From Vitrella brassicaformis CCMP3155 (taxonomy: Eukaryota; Protista; Chromerida), in the NCBI GenBank assembly GCA_001179505.1, contig CDMY01000517.1, forward strand, positions 1 to 60,537: a stretch of 60,537 nucleotides of DNA. Reading direction: 5' to 3'. This document shows positions 10,122-22,438 of the stretch, piece after piece (positions within the stretch are counted from its first letter, which is position 1; the number at the start of each line of letters is the position of its first letter). Both the position numbers and the translations under genes were made by a program. The notes under the pieces were generated by a model. That model saw only the letters and a program-made list of their open reading frames with translations. It was not told the DNA's origin and searched no databases.

Positions 10122-12180
10122 GAGACACTCGAGTGATGGACAAACAGACCTGACCGAAACCAACCCAGCGACTATCGTTGACTATCTCCATGGCAAAAGC
10201 ACCGAATCTCCTGTTGCCGACAGGAAACAGTTCCTCAAGGCCGAATCCTGGATCGCCGAGAGTCGTCATTTCCATTCCTACTATCGCGCTTTGCAGACCC
10301 CTCAGCTGCTGCAATATTGCAAGCGCACCTTGCACCTGCTCGGCCGCATTTGTCAGACCATCAGGCACTGCAGACATACAGGGAAAGACGGACCATACCA
10401 CCGATTGAAGAGACGGCACGAAGCTTGTTGCGTACATGTCACGGCGAGCTGCAGCGTCGTGATGGCAGGGAGGCTGGCGACTGCCGTGGCCAGCTGCTGG
10501 ACATCCAACTGACCGATGCACATCCCCTCCACCTCCCGCTGCGTGCCGAGTGCCGTCAGCACGTCCAGCTTCTTTTGCAGGGGCAAAGAATCGATGTACA
10601 CATGAAGGGCCATATCCATGGGCATCTTGCTAGCAAGCAGAGACGCCACAACACCACCCACACCTCCATAGATAAACAAGCGGTCGACAACCGTCAAGGG
10701 CTTCAGGTGCTCGATGATTGTGGGGCGGGGGTGTGGGTGTCGGCAGGTGGGTCGAAGCCATTCCTATTGCCGACTTTCACCACGCAGGCTTTGTCGAATG
10801 AGAGGCTTTTCGCCATGGCAATTGCCGCTTCGCTGGGGCTATCGACAGGGTGCGTCAGGTCGTGCTGGGTGAGAAGATACTGCACGAGCTCAGCCTTTGC
10901 TGCCAGCTCCATGAGGACTCTGGTGAAGAATCTCGACGGGCGTGACGGAAAGTGGTCGCTGTAGAAGAGGGATAGGTCGAACATCAGGGAGATCCCATGG
11001 AAAGTGAATGGGATCTCAGGCGATCGGCAGCACTTCCTGTTGAACTCGTCGAGGGCCCGGATGGCAAGCAGAGCGTCGCTGTTCAGGGTGGTGTCACAGG
11101 GCGTGGAGACGTCAAGCTTCGCCAGCGATCGACGGCAGCCGCGAGACACGAGCACCTCCTGAAACAGACAGACAGATCGATTGATGGCCCCAGATGCGCG
11201 ATGGAAGGAGACAAGCTGCACACCTGCAGTCGCCGTAGGCCTACAACGGTGTCTTCCCTGAGGTAACCAAGGTTTATCAGCCCGATCGTCTCCAGCTGTG
11301 CGAGAGGCCCTGCCTCACCAGCAGGCGACACAGGCACATGCTCGAAGACCTCGGCCCAGTTAGTCGTGTCCCGATGAGGACACGACACATCTCTGTCTTC
11401 AGGCAAGAGGTGCCGCAAAGAGCGAGAAGTGCTGATGAATCGGCCCAATGCGTAGGCGTCCATCCTATGCGCAGTCTCCACTCGCTGCAGCGACGGCATC
11501 TGCCAGTTTCGGTTGGCCAGCACCTGGTGGTGGGACGTCAGACCATCGACGACCGTCAGGGCGGGCAGGGTGGGCGGATGGGCAAATTGTGGGGGCAAAG
11601 CTGGCTCTCCTCGTCTCAGCGTCCGCCTCTCCCCGTGTGTCAGCCGAGTCTCGTCGATTGTGTGGTCGTGAGGGTCCCATCCTGCAGACCCTCGATACGT
11701 CGCGCCTCTGCATGGCCTTCAATGATGGCGACAAAGATGTCGAAACACCACCTAGGGAAGGGCACTGGGAAGCAAAAGAGCACGGACGTCAGTCGTGTGA
11801 GCCGTGCGGCGAACTGCTGGACAAAAGCCAGAGGGACGCGCTGCCAGAATGACCGCTCCTCAGTTGGTGACAGCCAGAAGAGGGGCTTCTCCTTGGTCGT
11901 GGCATCGATGGTCAGGTGGGTGTACTGAAGCGCCGCGTGCCTCCACGTCTCGCGCGACAGCAGAGCCAGCAAGTAGATGGGCACAAATGCCGTAATACAG
12001 CTGAGAAGGCCAGGCTGCAAACACCATGATTCTGCCCCGCATTCACTGATTCGACGTGTGCACGGTGTTACGAACCGTTTCGATGATCTGGTCGAGGAGC
12101 CGCCTCTCCCTCTCCGCTCTTCGCTGCCCTTCGGCATCACGGGGAGGCGCGGCATTGGGGCCGCCTCGCCTCGACTGAAT
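10117..12180 (-). pseudogene. Family A (F-box-like N-terminus, LRR-like body), copy 1, with two frameshifts
   Basis: Aligns with the 12613 and 41492 copies (PGLLSCITAFVPIYLL.., ERSFWQR, WCFDIFVAIIEGH, FDLSLFY, SLSFDK); the frame changes at ~11660 and ~10725. Confidence 0.75.
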
Positions 12181-12612
12181 GGAAGCCAAAATGCACATTC
12201 ATCGATAACGTCTGATGCACCCGCTAAGGCCTCACCTTTCTGGCACCGTTCATCGCGGGGGGAAGCCTGGAAAAAAGGGGCGATCTGCGAGCTCGTTGAG
12301 GGGAGAGAGGAGGGAGGAGGGAGAGATCTGTCTTCGTCCCCGGCGTGCGAGCATTGAGAGGTGGAGTCTACTAGCGTTGGTGAAGTGATTCCTTTCGCTC
12401 GCGGCTGTTGCTTGAGGCCAGGTAAGGGCTGCAGTGAGGCCAACAGACACTCCCGACTACACAAGACTCAGTCGGCTTTGCAATGCAGATCTGTCTGTTG
12501 AGGTGGATTGGCGTAAGAGCGTAGCTGACGTATCAGCTGCAGGTGAGATGGTGCCACTCATTCAATGCGCTGACTGATGTTTGTGTTGCTGGTTGTAGAT
12601 TGCTTCATCACG

Positions 12613-14725
12613 ATGGCGGCCTCTTCCTCTGATGCTCAGCCTGCTGCTGGTGGTGATGGTGAGAGTGATGAGGAGCGGCAGCGCCGGGGAGAGAGGGAGC
12701 GCGTCCTTTGGCAACAAATCGCTGACACGGTGAGTGTGGCCCCGACGCACTGAGGGCGTACTGATGGATATCTCTTACCGTTGCCGTCCCGTGTGCTGTG
12801 ATGTGTGCAGCCCGGTCTCTTCAGCATCGTTATGCCCTTCCTCCCAATCCATCTGCTCATGCAGCTGCAGTTGCCGCCTCTGACGTGGCAGAATGCCGCC
12901 CGCAAGCAGCACCACCTCACCATCAGTGCGGCCGACGAAAACGAGCGGTCCTTTTGGCAGAGGACCACCACCGACCTCGTCAAGGAATGGGCGACATACC
13001 TGACGAAGCTGACGTGTGTCGTCCTTTGCTACCCTCTGGGCTTCCCCATGTGGTGTTTGGACGTCTTCGTGGCCGTCATCGAGGGCCACATCGCCGGCCG
13101 ACGGGCAGCCAACATGGACGGCGGGACCCTGCAGACCATCAGCATTGAAGAAGGGGTTCGGCTGACCGACACGGCGAGGCGGACCGTCGCACGGATAGAC
13201 CCACCCCTCCCACCCCCCCTCGACCCGCCTCCCACCCTCCACGCACTCACCACCATTACCGGCCTGACCCTCTACCATGAGATGCTGGCCGACCGACGCT
13301 GGCGGATGCCCTCACTCCCCATCGTGCGGCAGGGGGAGTGGGGCTTCGACAGTTTGAGACTGGGCCAGATCATCAGCTCGTCCCGCTCATTGCGGCGTGT
13401 GGACGGCAGCTTTAGGGGTGACGGGTGGGCGCGTGTGTTTGAGGGGGTCCCTGAGGCACCTGCCGGGCAGCGGGGAGGGCCACTTAGCAACTTGGAGAGC
13501 ATCGGCACTATCTTGGTGGAAGGTGACTATCCGGCGGGCATCGACCGGCAATTTGTCGCCCGGCTTGAGGTGACCACAACGCACACACATTTGCAGTGGG
13601 GGATGTGGCTCGTTTTGTGACCTCTCCTATTGGTGTGATCTTGCCTTCAGGCTGTGCTCGTTGCGCGTGGCTGTCGACAGTTGCTTAAGCAGCTCCACGT
13701 CCGCTTTGCTGCCTACGACGTGCTCCGTGACATATTGCCCGTCCTGCTCGACCGCCGCTACGTGCCTGTCCTGCTCGCCTTGGACCACCTGGTGGCCACC
13801 TGCTGCCGACAGGACACAGAACTCACTCTCACGGCCAAGGGCAATCTCGAGTTTGATCTCTCCATCTTCTACCATACCGACTTCCCCACCCACCCATCGC
13901 CCTCATTCAAGACCATGATCCAGCAGCTCGCACGGCAGGCCACATCGGTGCACTACTTCTTCACTCAGGACGGCCTCACCGACCCGCACACCAACCCCAG
14001 CCAATCGGCCATCGACATCGCATCCAGCCTCTCATTCGACAAGGTCAAGACGGTGTCGATCAAGAATACCCCTGGCTTCGACCCCCCGGCCAACACCCCA
14101 TCGCCCCACCCCTCCATCATCACTCACCTGCAGCCTTTCCCTAAAGCCTCACGGCTGGATGTAAAGAGCAAGCTGGGTGGTGCTGCTGCCCGGCTGCTGG
14201 CCGACAGGATGCCCAAGGAGGTGGAGAGGGCGGATATCCAAGAGGCGTTGGGTGGTGAGGAGAAGGTGGGTGTCCTGACGGCGCTGGGGAGGGAGAGAGA
14301 GGTGCGTGACGTGCGGATGGGGCAAGTCGATATCGATCAACTAGAGCAGCTGCTGATGGGGGCGGCCGACAGATTGCCGACCATCAGGGAACTAGACTTC
14401 ACCATGACACGTACGCCGAGAGGATAGCACATATTGTGTCCATCCGTCCTCATTTCTGCCTTGTGTGTGTTCACCTTCGGTGTCTGACGATGTGGAGGAT
14501 GCCGGCAGCGTCGTCCGCACCCACCTCTCATCGCTGATCGATCATATCCCCCTCCAGTCTGTGAAGCTGACGGTCGACGACACGGCAGATGAGCAGCATG
14601 ATTCCATCCTCGCCTCCCTCCCTGTGGGTACCAACATCGGTGCCTTGAGCGTCACAACCATCGGCAGTGGCTTGTGGCTCGAGACAATGACATGTGTAGA
14701 AATGACTGCAGCTCCCGATGCCTGA
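12613..14725 (+). CDS. Family A, copy 2 (4 exons); last splice acceptor is GG instead of AG
   Basis: Exons ~12613-12729, 12811-13569, 13651-14410, 14481-14725; ACCTTCGG at 14473-14480 versus ACCTTCAG in the paralog at ~39561. Confidence 0.7.
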
Positions 14726-15774
14726 AGGTGAGGGAACGGCACTTACGCATACCGGGGTCTTATATTGTGTGTGTGGTGGTGGTGTTTTTCAGGCTGGTCG
14801 TCTTGTCTTGACGGGTCATAGCAGAGGGAAAATGGGGCAGTTTTGTGAGCAGGCGAAATTCATGAGGTGCTATACACCTGCATAGGTGTGTGTGTGTTCG
14901 TGTCATAGTGTTGACGACTGACTGGCCAGCTCAGCTCTACAGACTGACGGACAAGGGCTGCTGATGCCGGCGTGTAAGTGACACGCACACGGCATGGCCA
15001 CGCCGCATTAACCAATCAACTACTGCAAGCACATCACATTCAATCACGCTTCAACGTGGCATCCAGATGTGTACTTACCCACATAGACACGTACACATTG
15101 AGGGAGAGAAGAGACACACAGATGAAATGACTGAGGCCATCCGTCCATTGCAACACACACAAATCGTCCTGGTCCACTGCATCCGTACTGCATTGCCGCA
15201 AGCCCGATTGCAGGTGCACTGCGGGTGAACCATACACCAAAGAGCACATCCGCTCGTGAGTGGATGGATGGGTGTGATGGCCCACTGACCGCGTGGCTTG
15301 TCTGGTATCAGACACACCTACAAACACGCCTGCCGCTGTGCAACGAACCGACAAAGCACAAAGCGTTCATGTGCTGCATAGCGTAGCTGCATGTGTGTGA
15401 GTGTGTGCATGTACGTGTGTGTCGATGACTGATGGGGTAGCTGTACAGATTGACGGACGGACGGGGGCTGTCTGATGCTGGCATGGCATTGCAATCAACA
15501 TACGATCTGACTGACACATTGGTCGATTGCATACACTTAGTCAGGCAGACAGAGAAATGCCCGCATCACGGGTGGCATGGCATTGCAACTATCATAGCAC
15601 GACCAGCATGCATCGCCTCATGTCGTCATCTTCATGTCCTGCTGGTCAGCCCCGCCCTCTCCCTCCTGCTGCTGGCCATCCATCTCGTCTCGTGACCGCT
15701 TCGTCCCGCGACGATCCTAAGCAGCAATCCAACACACACAGATATAGCAGTGGCAACAACACGTCATCATCAGG

Positions 15775-17880
15775 CTATGCCTGCCGCTTCTGGCGCACCT
15801 GTTCCTTGAGCCTGGCGTTTTCCTCACGCAGCCTCTCATTCTCGGCCTCCAACCGCCGCCGATCGGCCGCCTCCTGTGCCATGAACACACGAACAGCCAG
15901 ACGGACAAGGTGACACGAGGCGACGACAGCTGACTTGGGCTGACCTTGGTGGCGCTGTTGATGAAGGCGTTGTACAGCTGCTTGAAGGAGTCGTCTGCTT
16001 CTGTGTCGATCGCCTCCATGAGTGCGCCCTTGAGTCCATCCTCAAAGGCCGTCTGCACTGCTTGGGGGAGGGTGGGCAGGATGGGAAGCAAGGCGGGCAG
16101 CACACTAAAACTCTTGCGGATCGCGTCTGCCGTCATTTTCGGTGCGATGCGATCATACTCAGGGTCGCCCACGTCCTGGATGGCCGAAGCGAACAAGAGA
16201 GTGAGGGGCACCCTGTACTGCGATGCATGTGCCAGGCAGGAAACCAGCTTGAGGGCGATATCACGATGAATCGACCTGCAGATGTGCAACGTACACACAC
16301 AGTATGTCAGTGCCATGTGTAAGTGGGTTCAGTCCGTTTTGTTTTGTCACACACCTGGCCATCAGTGTCACGCCCTCCCAGTGCCCGTCGTTGGCACACA
16401 GTCTGAGGTAGTGCAGGGCCAGGGTGCGCATGGGGAAGAATCGCACCGTCAGCTTCATCTGGACCTCCTCCAGCCTGGCCTCCCCTTTCCCCTGTCGCAG
16501 CAACGCCTCAGCCGAGATGTTGGCCTCCCAAAAACACGAAAACGCCTTTGCCCCCAACACACTGATACCGAAGCGATCCACAGAAGGACCCTTCTTGCCC
16601 ATCTCGATCCCCGTGTCCGCGTTGATGACCGGAGAATCATGCAGCCGAATCGACAAGGAGGGCTGGGAGTCGCCATAGGCCGCCTGCGTCGCTGTCGTGC
16701 CCTCGGCAGCACCACAGGGGACCTCCAATGAGACACTGGCGCCGAAACACGACACTGATTCAAGCGAATCGCCGCGCAGAAGGGGTGAGACACAGACGTA
16801 CCAGCCACGAACGTCGCACATCTTCCCATCACCATCGCGCAGGGCATCGGCTGGAGGGTCACTGGGGAAGGGAGGGCCGAACTGGCGGAGCCCGGCTACC
16901 TCAACGCCGATGGTGCCGAACTCGATGTCACCCCTCTTTTCGTCGTCGAAGGGCTGTGTCGTAGACGAAGCGGATGATGCGAAGATGTCCTGCTCGAATA
17001 TCGCACCTGCAAACAAGACGAGAGGCGGTGCCAGGTGAATGCCTCTCCTGACTGCCATCCCCGTTGGTGTCCGTCTCACCATGTGCATAAGCAAGCGACG
17101 ACCTTCCCGTCGCCTTCGTGATGAAGGTGCCCAACTCGTGGCAGGGCATGTCAATGCGCCCATACGAGAGCTCATCGCCGAGGGTGCCCACCAGGCTCAC
17201 GGCCGCCTTAATGACGTCATCCTCTGCCTCCCCTCTCTCGCACCGACGCCACTGCGCCCGGATAATGTCGGGCCTCTTGCGCAGAGCTGGCAGTAGGCCG
17301 GCGCGAATGTCCTTGTGGCGGTGAATGAAGCGAGCGATGAATGCGTAGCGGCCGAAGCTGTCCAGCAGGCTGTTGGCCAGCTGCTCATCTCGCAGCCAGC
17401 CCCCATGAACCACCTGAAACAAAGCAGAGGCGCTTCAGGAGGCAAAGAAGAAACGGCCCCCTCGTCCCGCCCACTCACATGTCGATGGATGCGCCAGAGC
17501 AGACTTTGTTTGCTGCTCGGTGTGAAGATCGTGTCGGTGTCGAATTGCAGGTAGTCGAGGGCCACCATCGCGTCAAGCAAGTTGTCCTTGGTCAGCGAAT
17601 CTACGATGTCCAGCTCATGCTGCAGCACCACCACACCGACGGCCCGGCTGATGCGCTCGACGCGAACCTCACGCTGCTGTGCTTCCCGGAACTCGCCATC
17701 CAACCAACACCTGTAGTAAGTAACAGGCATGACAGAAGCAAAACAACGGCCAATGAATCATCTGTCATTCTTTGTGTGCAAGAACTGTCGAGCAATGCCC
17801 TCCTTGACGGCGAGAGGCTCATCTGCTTCACCATCGTCGGTGAAACAAACCCTGATGGTTCGCTCCATGGACGTGTCCAT
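15775..17880 (-). CDS. BTB/POZ-like protein with a central beta-rich (possibly MATH-like) region and a C-terminal coiled coil
   Basis: MDTSMERTIRVCFTDDGE...WLDGEFREAQQREVRV...LTKDNLLDAMVALDYLQFD fits BTB consensus features; ends RLEAENERLREENARLKEQ. Confidence 0.6.
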
Positions 17881-17953
17881 TGCGATGAATCAAGTGAGCC
17901 GAGTGAAGAAGAAGTGGCGGGAAGCGGGAAGAAAACACATAGCAGATTCGCTT

Positions 17954-17961
17954 TGCGAGCT
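17954..17961 (-). promoter_or_regulatory. AGCTCGCA motif in the BTB/JMJD6 divergent spacer
   Basis: TGCGAGCT on + within the 228-bp spacer. Confidence 0.55.
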
Positions 17962-18108
17962 TCTGTCGAGCAGGATGGAACCAAATGGCATTGATGGAGG
18001 TGAGAACGGGTCAGAAAAGGAAAGCAAAGCAGCTGTGAAGGCAATCCATGATCGGATCTTCCAAAACATGCGGTTGCCGTTTGTGTGGTGTCAGACACAG
18101 CTGCTGCG

Positions 18109-20454
18109 ATGGAGGTCTGTGTGAGCCCCGGCTGTCAATTTCGGCACCGCCGGACAGCCAAGAAGATCACCAGAGCCAAGAAGGATCATCGCACAGACAT
18201 CGCACCCGCCGAATGGGGAAGGTAACAATACCGTCGGACAGAACGAAACACGCCAGGTCAGCCATATCAGCCATCGCTGCCTCTATGCTGGTCGGTAGGT
18301 ACAACTATGCCGCACTGCTCAACCCGACGGCAAGGGCAGGAGGCGCTGAGGCGCTGCTGTCGTGCCCGGAATCTGTGCCTCGTGTCGATGCCAAGACCAC
18401 ATCGCCAGCAGGTGAGTGAGTGGTGCGGTGCACACATACGGTGCGATGCACGTCACGTGGGCGGTTGGTTGTCTGTGTGTGAAGAGTTCATAGCGAGCTA
18501 CGAGATGCGGTCGCGGCCGTGCATCATAGCAAACGCCATCAACGAGTGGCCTGCCATGAGGAGATGGACATTCGACGTGAGTGCAAGGCAGATCGGTCGC
18601 TGCAGGCACACGTGCATCTCTGCTGCTTGTGTGGTGGGTGTGTCCACGATCAGTATCTCGAGGAAAAGTGGAGGAATGGCCACTTCAAGGTACTACACAC
18701 AGAACGATAACGACGCTCTCTGCCATCCATCCATCCATCCATTGCCCTGCTCTCGTTGTTGGCTGTCGCAATCACCGTGGTTCAGATCGGCGAAGACGAT
18801 AGGGGTGCGTTCAGACCCCTTTAGGAAGACACAAGAGGATGGATGCTGCTGTTGTTCATCCATCGGTCTGTTGTGTTGTGTGTGGTCAGGTCATCGCATT
18901 CGCGTGAAGCTCAAGTATTTCGTTGACTACATGCGGCACCAGACCGACGACAGCCCTCTCTATCTCTTTGAGGCGTCAGCTGAGGACTCGCCTGCCACCA
19001 TGTCGGCGGAGGGAGAGAGACGGGCAGAGCACCAACGACACTTGCGATTCGTCAAACATGCTCTCTCTGGTGCATCTGGTGCTGCCTGTCTGCCAGGGAT
19101 CTGATAGACGACTGGTGGGCTCCTGCACACTTCCCAGAGGACTTACACAACATCCTTGGCGACGATAGACGGCCGCCGTAGGTTTAACAAAGGGGGTTAT
19201 GCGGCCCTGTGTGTGTGTGTTTTCATTGCAATCCGTCTCATCTCTTCTGATGTCTTATATGTGCAGGTGGCGGTGGTTCATGATCGGTCCCATCAGGTCA
19301 GCAGGCGAGCAAACAAACAGCAAGGGAGAAGGGGCAATCAATGGCCGGCGGCTGCACTCACTCCTGTGCACGTCTTGCTTGTTTGTGTCGGCAGGTCTGG
19401 CACAACCGTCCACCGAGACCCATTAGGTCAGTGAGAACCCGTCTTGCAAACAGCATCACCTCTGCCGCAGCGAATACATTGTTTCTGCTGTTGTCTGTCG
19501 GTCAGGCACTGGTGGGTCTCTATCGGTCTAAGGGAAGAGGACGATGCGTGATCTGTTGGCTGCTGTGGTGCAGCTGCGTGGAATGCGGTGATCCAGGGCG
19601 AGAAACGGTGGGCGCTGCTGCCGCCTGAGCTGTCCAAGCGGCTCGTCAAGGCAAAGATGCTCTTGCGTGACGGAGAAGACGATGAGGCCATCGATTGGTC
19701 AGCCAACCAGTCACACATCCATCCAGCTGTGCAATGTCTCTCTGCTGATGCTGTGTGTAGGTTTCATAATCTGCTGCCGCGTCTGAAGGCGTTCCATCGT
19801 GCCGAGACGGGTCAGGAGCTGCCGATCTATGAGGGCATCACGAGGCGCGGGGACGTCATCTTCGTGCCGCCAAGGTGGTGGCACGCCGTTCTCAACCTGT
19901 CCGACACCATCAGCGTCACACAGGTGGGGCGGACGTCACGACAGCCTTTGCCCTCTTGGCTGGGCTGTGGGGGAGATCGCTGCTGGATGCCGTTTAGAAT
20001 TTCGTGAGCCCCGCGAATTTTGCCTTGGCGTGGGAGAGCATGCGGAGGAGCCGTCGGCTGCTGTCGTGCCGATGGCTGAGGCGGCTGCAGCGGTTCCACC
20101 CCGACCTCTACTCACTGGCATGCAGGTAGGTATGTAGGTATCCACCTCTCTGTTCCTCCGTTGGTTCTGATGTATGTGCCTGTCCTCCCGTCTAGATATG
20201 ACCGAGAGATGGCGATGGCGCGTCAGGTGCCCGGCTCGTGCAGCAGCAGCTCATCGTCGAGCAGCTCGGACTCGTCGTCCGACGAAGATGAGGACAGCAC
20301 CATTCGCGAGCAGATGAGGCGGTCGGAGGCTCGGTACTCGGCTGCCGAGACAGAGGCGATCAGGGCTGCGTATGCTCCGGCGAGGCGGGGCAGCGGCCGT
20401 GTGGGTGGGACGGACGATGGTGGGGATAGTGGTGGTGTGTGTGCTGGTGTGTGA
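18109..20454 (+). CDS. JMJD6: JmjC-domain protein, JMJD6/PSR-like 2-oxoglutarate/Fe(II) hydroxylase
   Basis: KKITRAKKDHR..WGRYNY, EEFIASYE, DDSPLYLFE, WRWFMIGPIRSGTTVHRDPL (HxD), QGEKRWAL, FVPPRWWHAVLNL (distal His) and a C-terminal poly-Ser, all JMJD6 hallmarks. Confidence 0.9.
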
Positions 20455-20925
20455 ATAAGAGACTGACTGACTGACTGACTGTGGGCGGTGCAGTGCCCAG
20501 TGCGTCAGTCAATGTTAGCCAGCTTATCAATTGCATGAAGCGACTGAGCTACATACAGTACAAACCCATCAATTCGCTCATCAGAAGCTTTCGCGTCCAT
20601 AGTCGATAGATATGTCCATCACACATACCATACCATAGCATGCATACCCGACCGCATCCAGCTTACCTGTCTCTCTGCCAGTAGAGGCAGCCAGCAGGTT
20701 GTGAGTGAGAGAGTGAGGTGTTCGCGAGGGCTGGACGGTCGACTGAACCACCTACCAGTCAGTCCTCCGTCCCGTCCGGTACTTTGCATGCAGTGAATTC
20801 AGGCATCCATCAGTCAATCACTCGATCAACAAATACGTCCGTCCGTCGGTCATATGCACGCAGTCATTGATTGTCTGGTGTGCTGTCTGTACAGGCACCC
20901 ACACCACACGCCACGCCACTGTGGT

Positions 20926-20956
<31 letters not shown>

Positions 20957-21311
20957 ACACACAGACGCAGGTGTCGTTAGTGTACACGACCGACCGACAC
21001 GGATAAACAAACCGCCCCGGACACACCGGACAGCCACAAAACTCAGGGGGCGGGGGGTGGCCTTCTGACTAGCTAGTGCGGGAGAGGCAACACACACATA
21101 TCGATGGATGGATGACAAGAGGAAAGAAAGACGGAGATCGGTCGTCATTCCCCAGATCATCTCATCGCCTGTGTGGTGGCACCCCACCCGTTACTAGTCA
21201 ATAAATAGGCCACCTCCCTGCCTAAGCAATCCGCCAATCAGTCCCTCGCCTAATTGCACACGACCAACCCAGCACCCCACCCTGTCCGCCCTGCCCCTCC
21301 TCTAACGCTAT

Positions 21312-22208
21312 TCATTGCACCGCAGCGACCATCTCTGTTGATGCGCCCTTCTTCTGCGTCTGCTCATCGGGCCTGACCTCTCGCCGATTTGCCATGAATG
21401 CCAGTGCGGTGTTCCAGAGGTAGGCCGCGCACAGGTTGGCGGGCACGAGGAGGTGTGGCGGTGTGAAGTAGAAGTTGAGGGCCTGGAAGGGGATCCACAC
21501 CTTCCACGCCACCAGCACCGTGTCGAACCACTCCTGCTCCAGCTTGGCCGCCGCCTCACCCATGCTGCCCCCACTGGCACACACACCGACACCGAATGAC
21601 ACACACATGTGGAGAGAGATTTGTGTGTGCGTCGTTCGGTTCGGTGTGTGTGTTAGGTGCTTACTTACCGAAGGAGTGTCTGTGTGATGTAGAAGGTGGG
21701 TAAGTAGATGAGCGGCGTGTGGATGAAGTTGTCGACCAGCGTCTTGCCCACGGCCTGGCGCGTGTGGTTGCCGGCCGTCAGGGGCAGCCACGCAAAGAAA
21801 CGACCATACCCGTACACCTGAAAGCAAAGCATGTGATTGATGTGCGCACACCGTGAGAGAGAGAGAGAGAGACAGACCATCCATCATCGCTCCCTTCCTT
21901 GTCAGTGTGCTTTAAACCTACCCATAGCAGCGTCTGGAAGCCGCCCGAATAAAGGCAGCCGAATATGACCATGGCCCTTGTGCGCGTGTCGTCCCATTTC
22001 TTCCTCTTCTCGATAAGAAATTGACTCGTCAAGTCGCCCGCGCCGATGATGCAACCAGCTGCGGGGACGGACAAGCACACAGAGGCCACAATGCAGCTAC
22101 GTGACGGACATCTATGCGAAGGCCCCTTCACATCGCACCTGTGATGACTCCTGAGGCCAGCGGGTTGGCAGAGAAGAGGCTGTTCAGCTTCTTGAACAAC
22201 TGCACCAT
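21312..22208 (-). CDS. Mpv17/PMP22-family membrane protein
   Basis: GDLTSQFL, RTRAMVIFG, KTLVDNFIHTP, WKVWIPFQALNFYFTPPHL...W match the family; 4 predicted exons. Confidence 0.85.
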
Positions 22209-22287
22209 GCCTTCACTCAAAATCGCTATAAGAACCATCGGAAGCGCCGTTTGCGTTCGTTCTCCCCTCAGGGCTCTCCTCCTGCAA

Positions 22288-22295
22288 AGCTCGCA
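22288..22295 (+). promoter_or_regulatory. AGCTCGCA motif in the Mpv17/coiled-coil divergent spacer
   Basis: Exact match in a ~230-bp spacer. Confidence 0.55.
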
Positions 22296-22438
22296 ATTGA
22301 AGGACGGCAGAAAAGAGGGCAAGAAAAGAGGAAGGGCGCAGGTGCCCGGCAGCCATAGTCGTGTGGATCTTGCGATTTTGACCGAAAAAGCCGGTTTCGC
22401 CGTGTTGAGCTCGACCCGCCGCTGCTTCATTGCCGCAG

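Noticed and set aside
12286-12293. AGCTCGCA match between the divergent family A copies
   Set aside because: It probably lies in a coding exon (GAG CTC GCA, ELA), so it is not counted as a promoter hit; the same applies to 13925-13932.
12680-12730. Apparent frameshift in exon 1 of family A copy 2
   Set aside because: Re-reading gives RRGERERVLWQQIADT in frame with a phase-0 donor.
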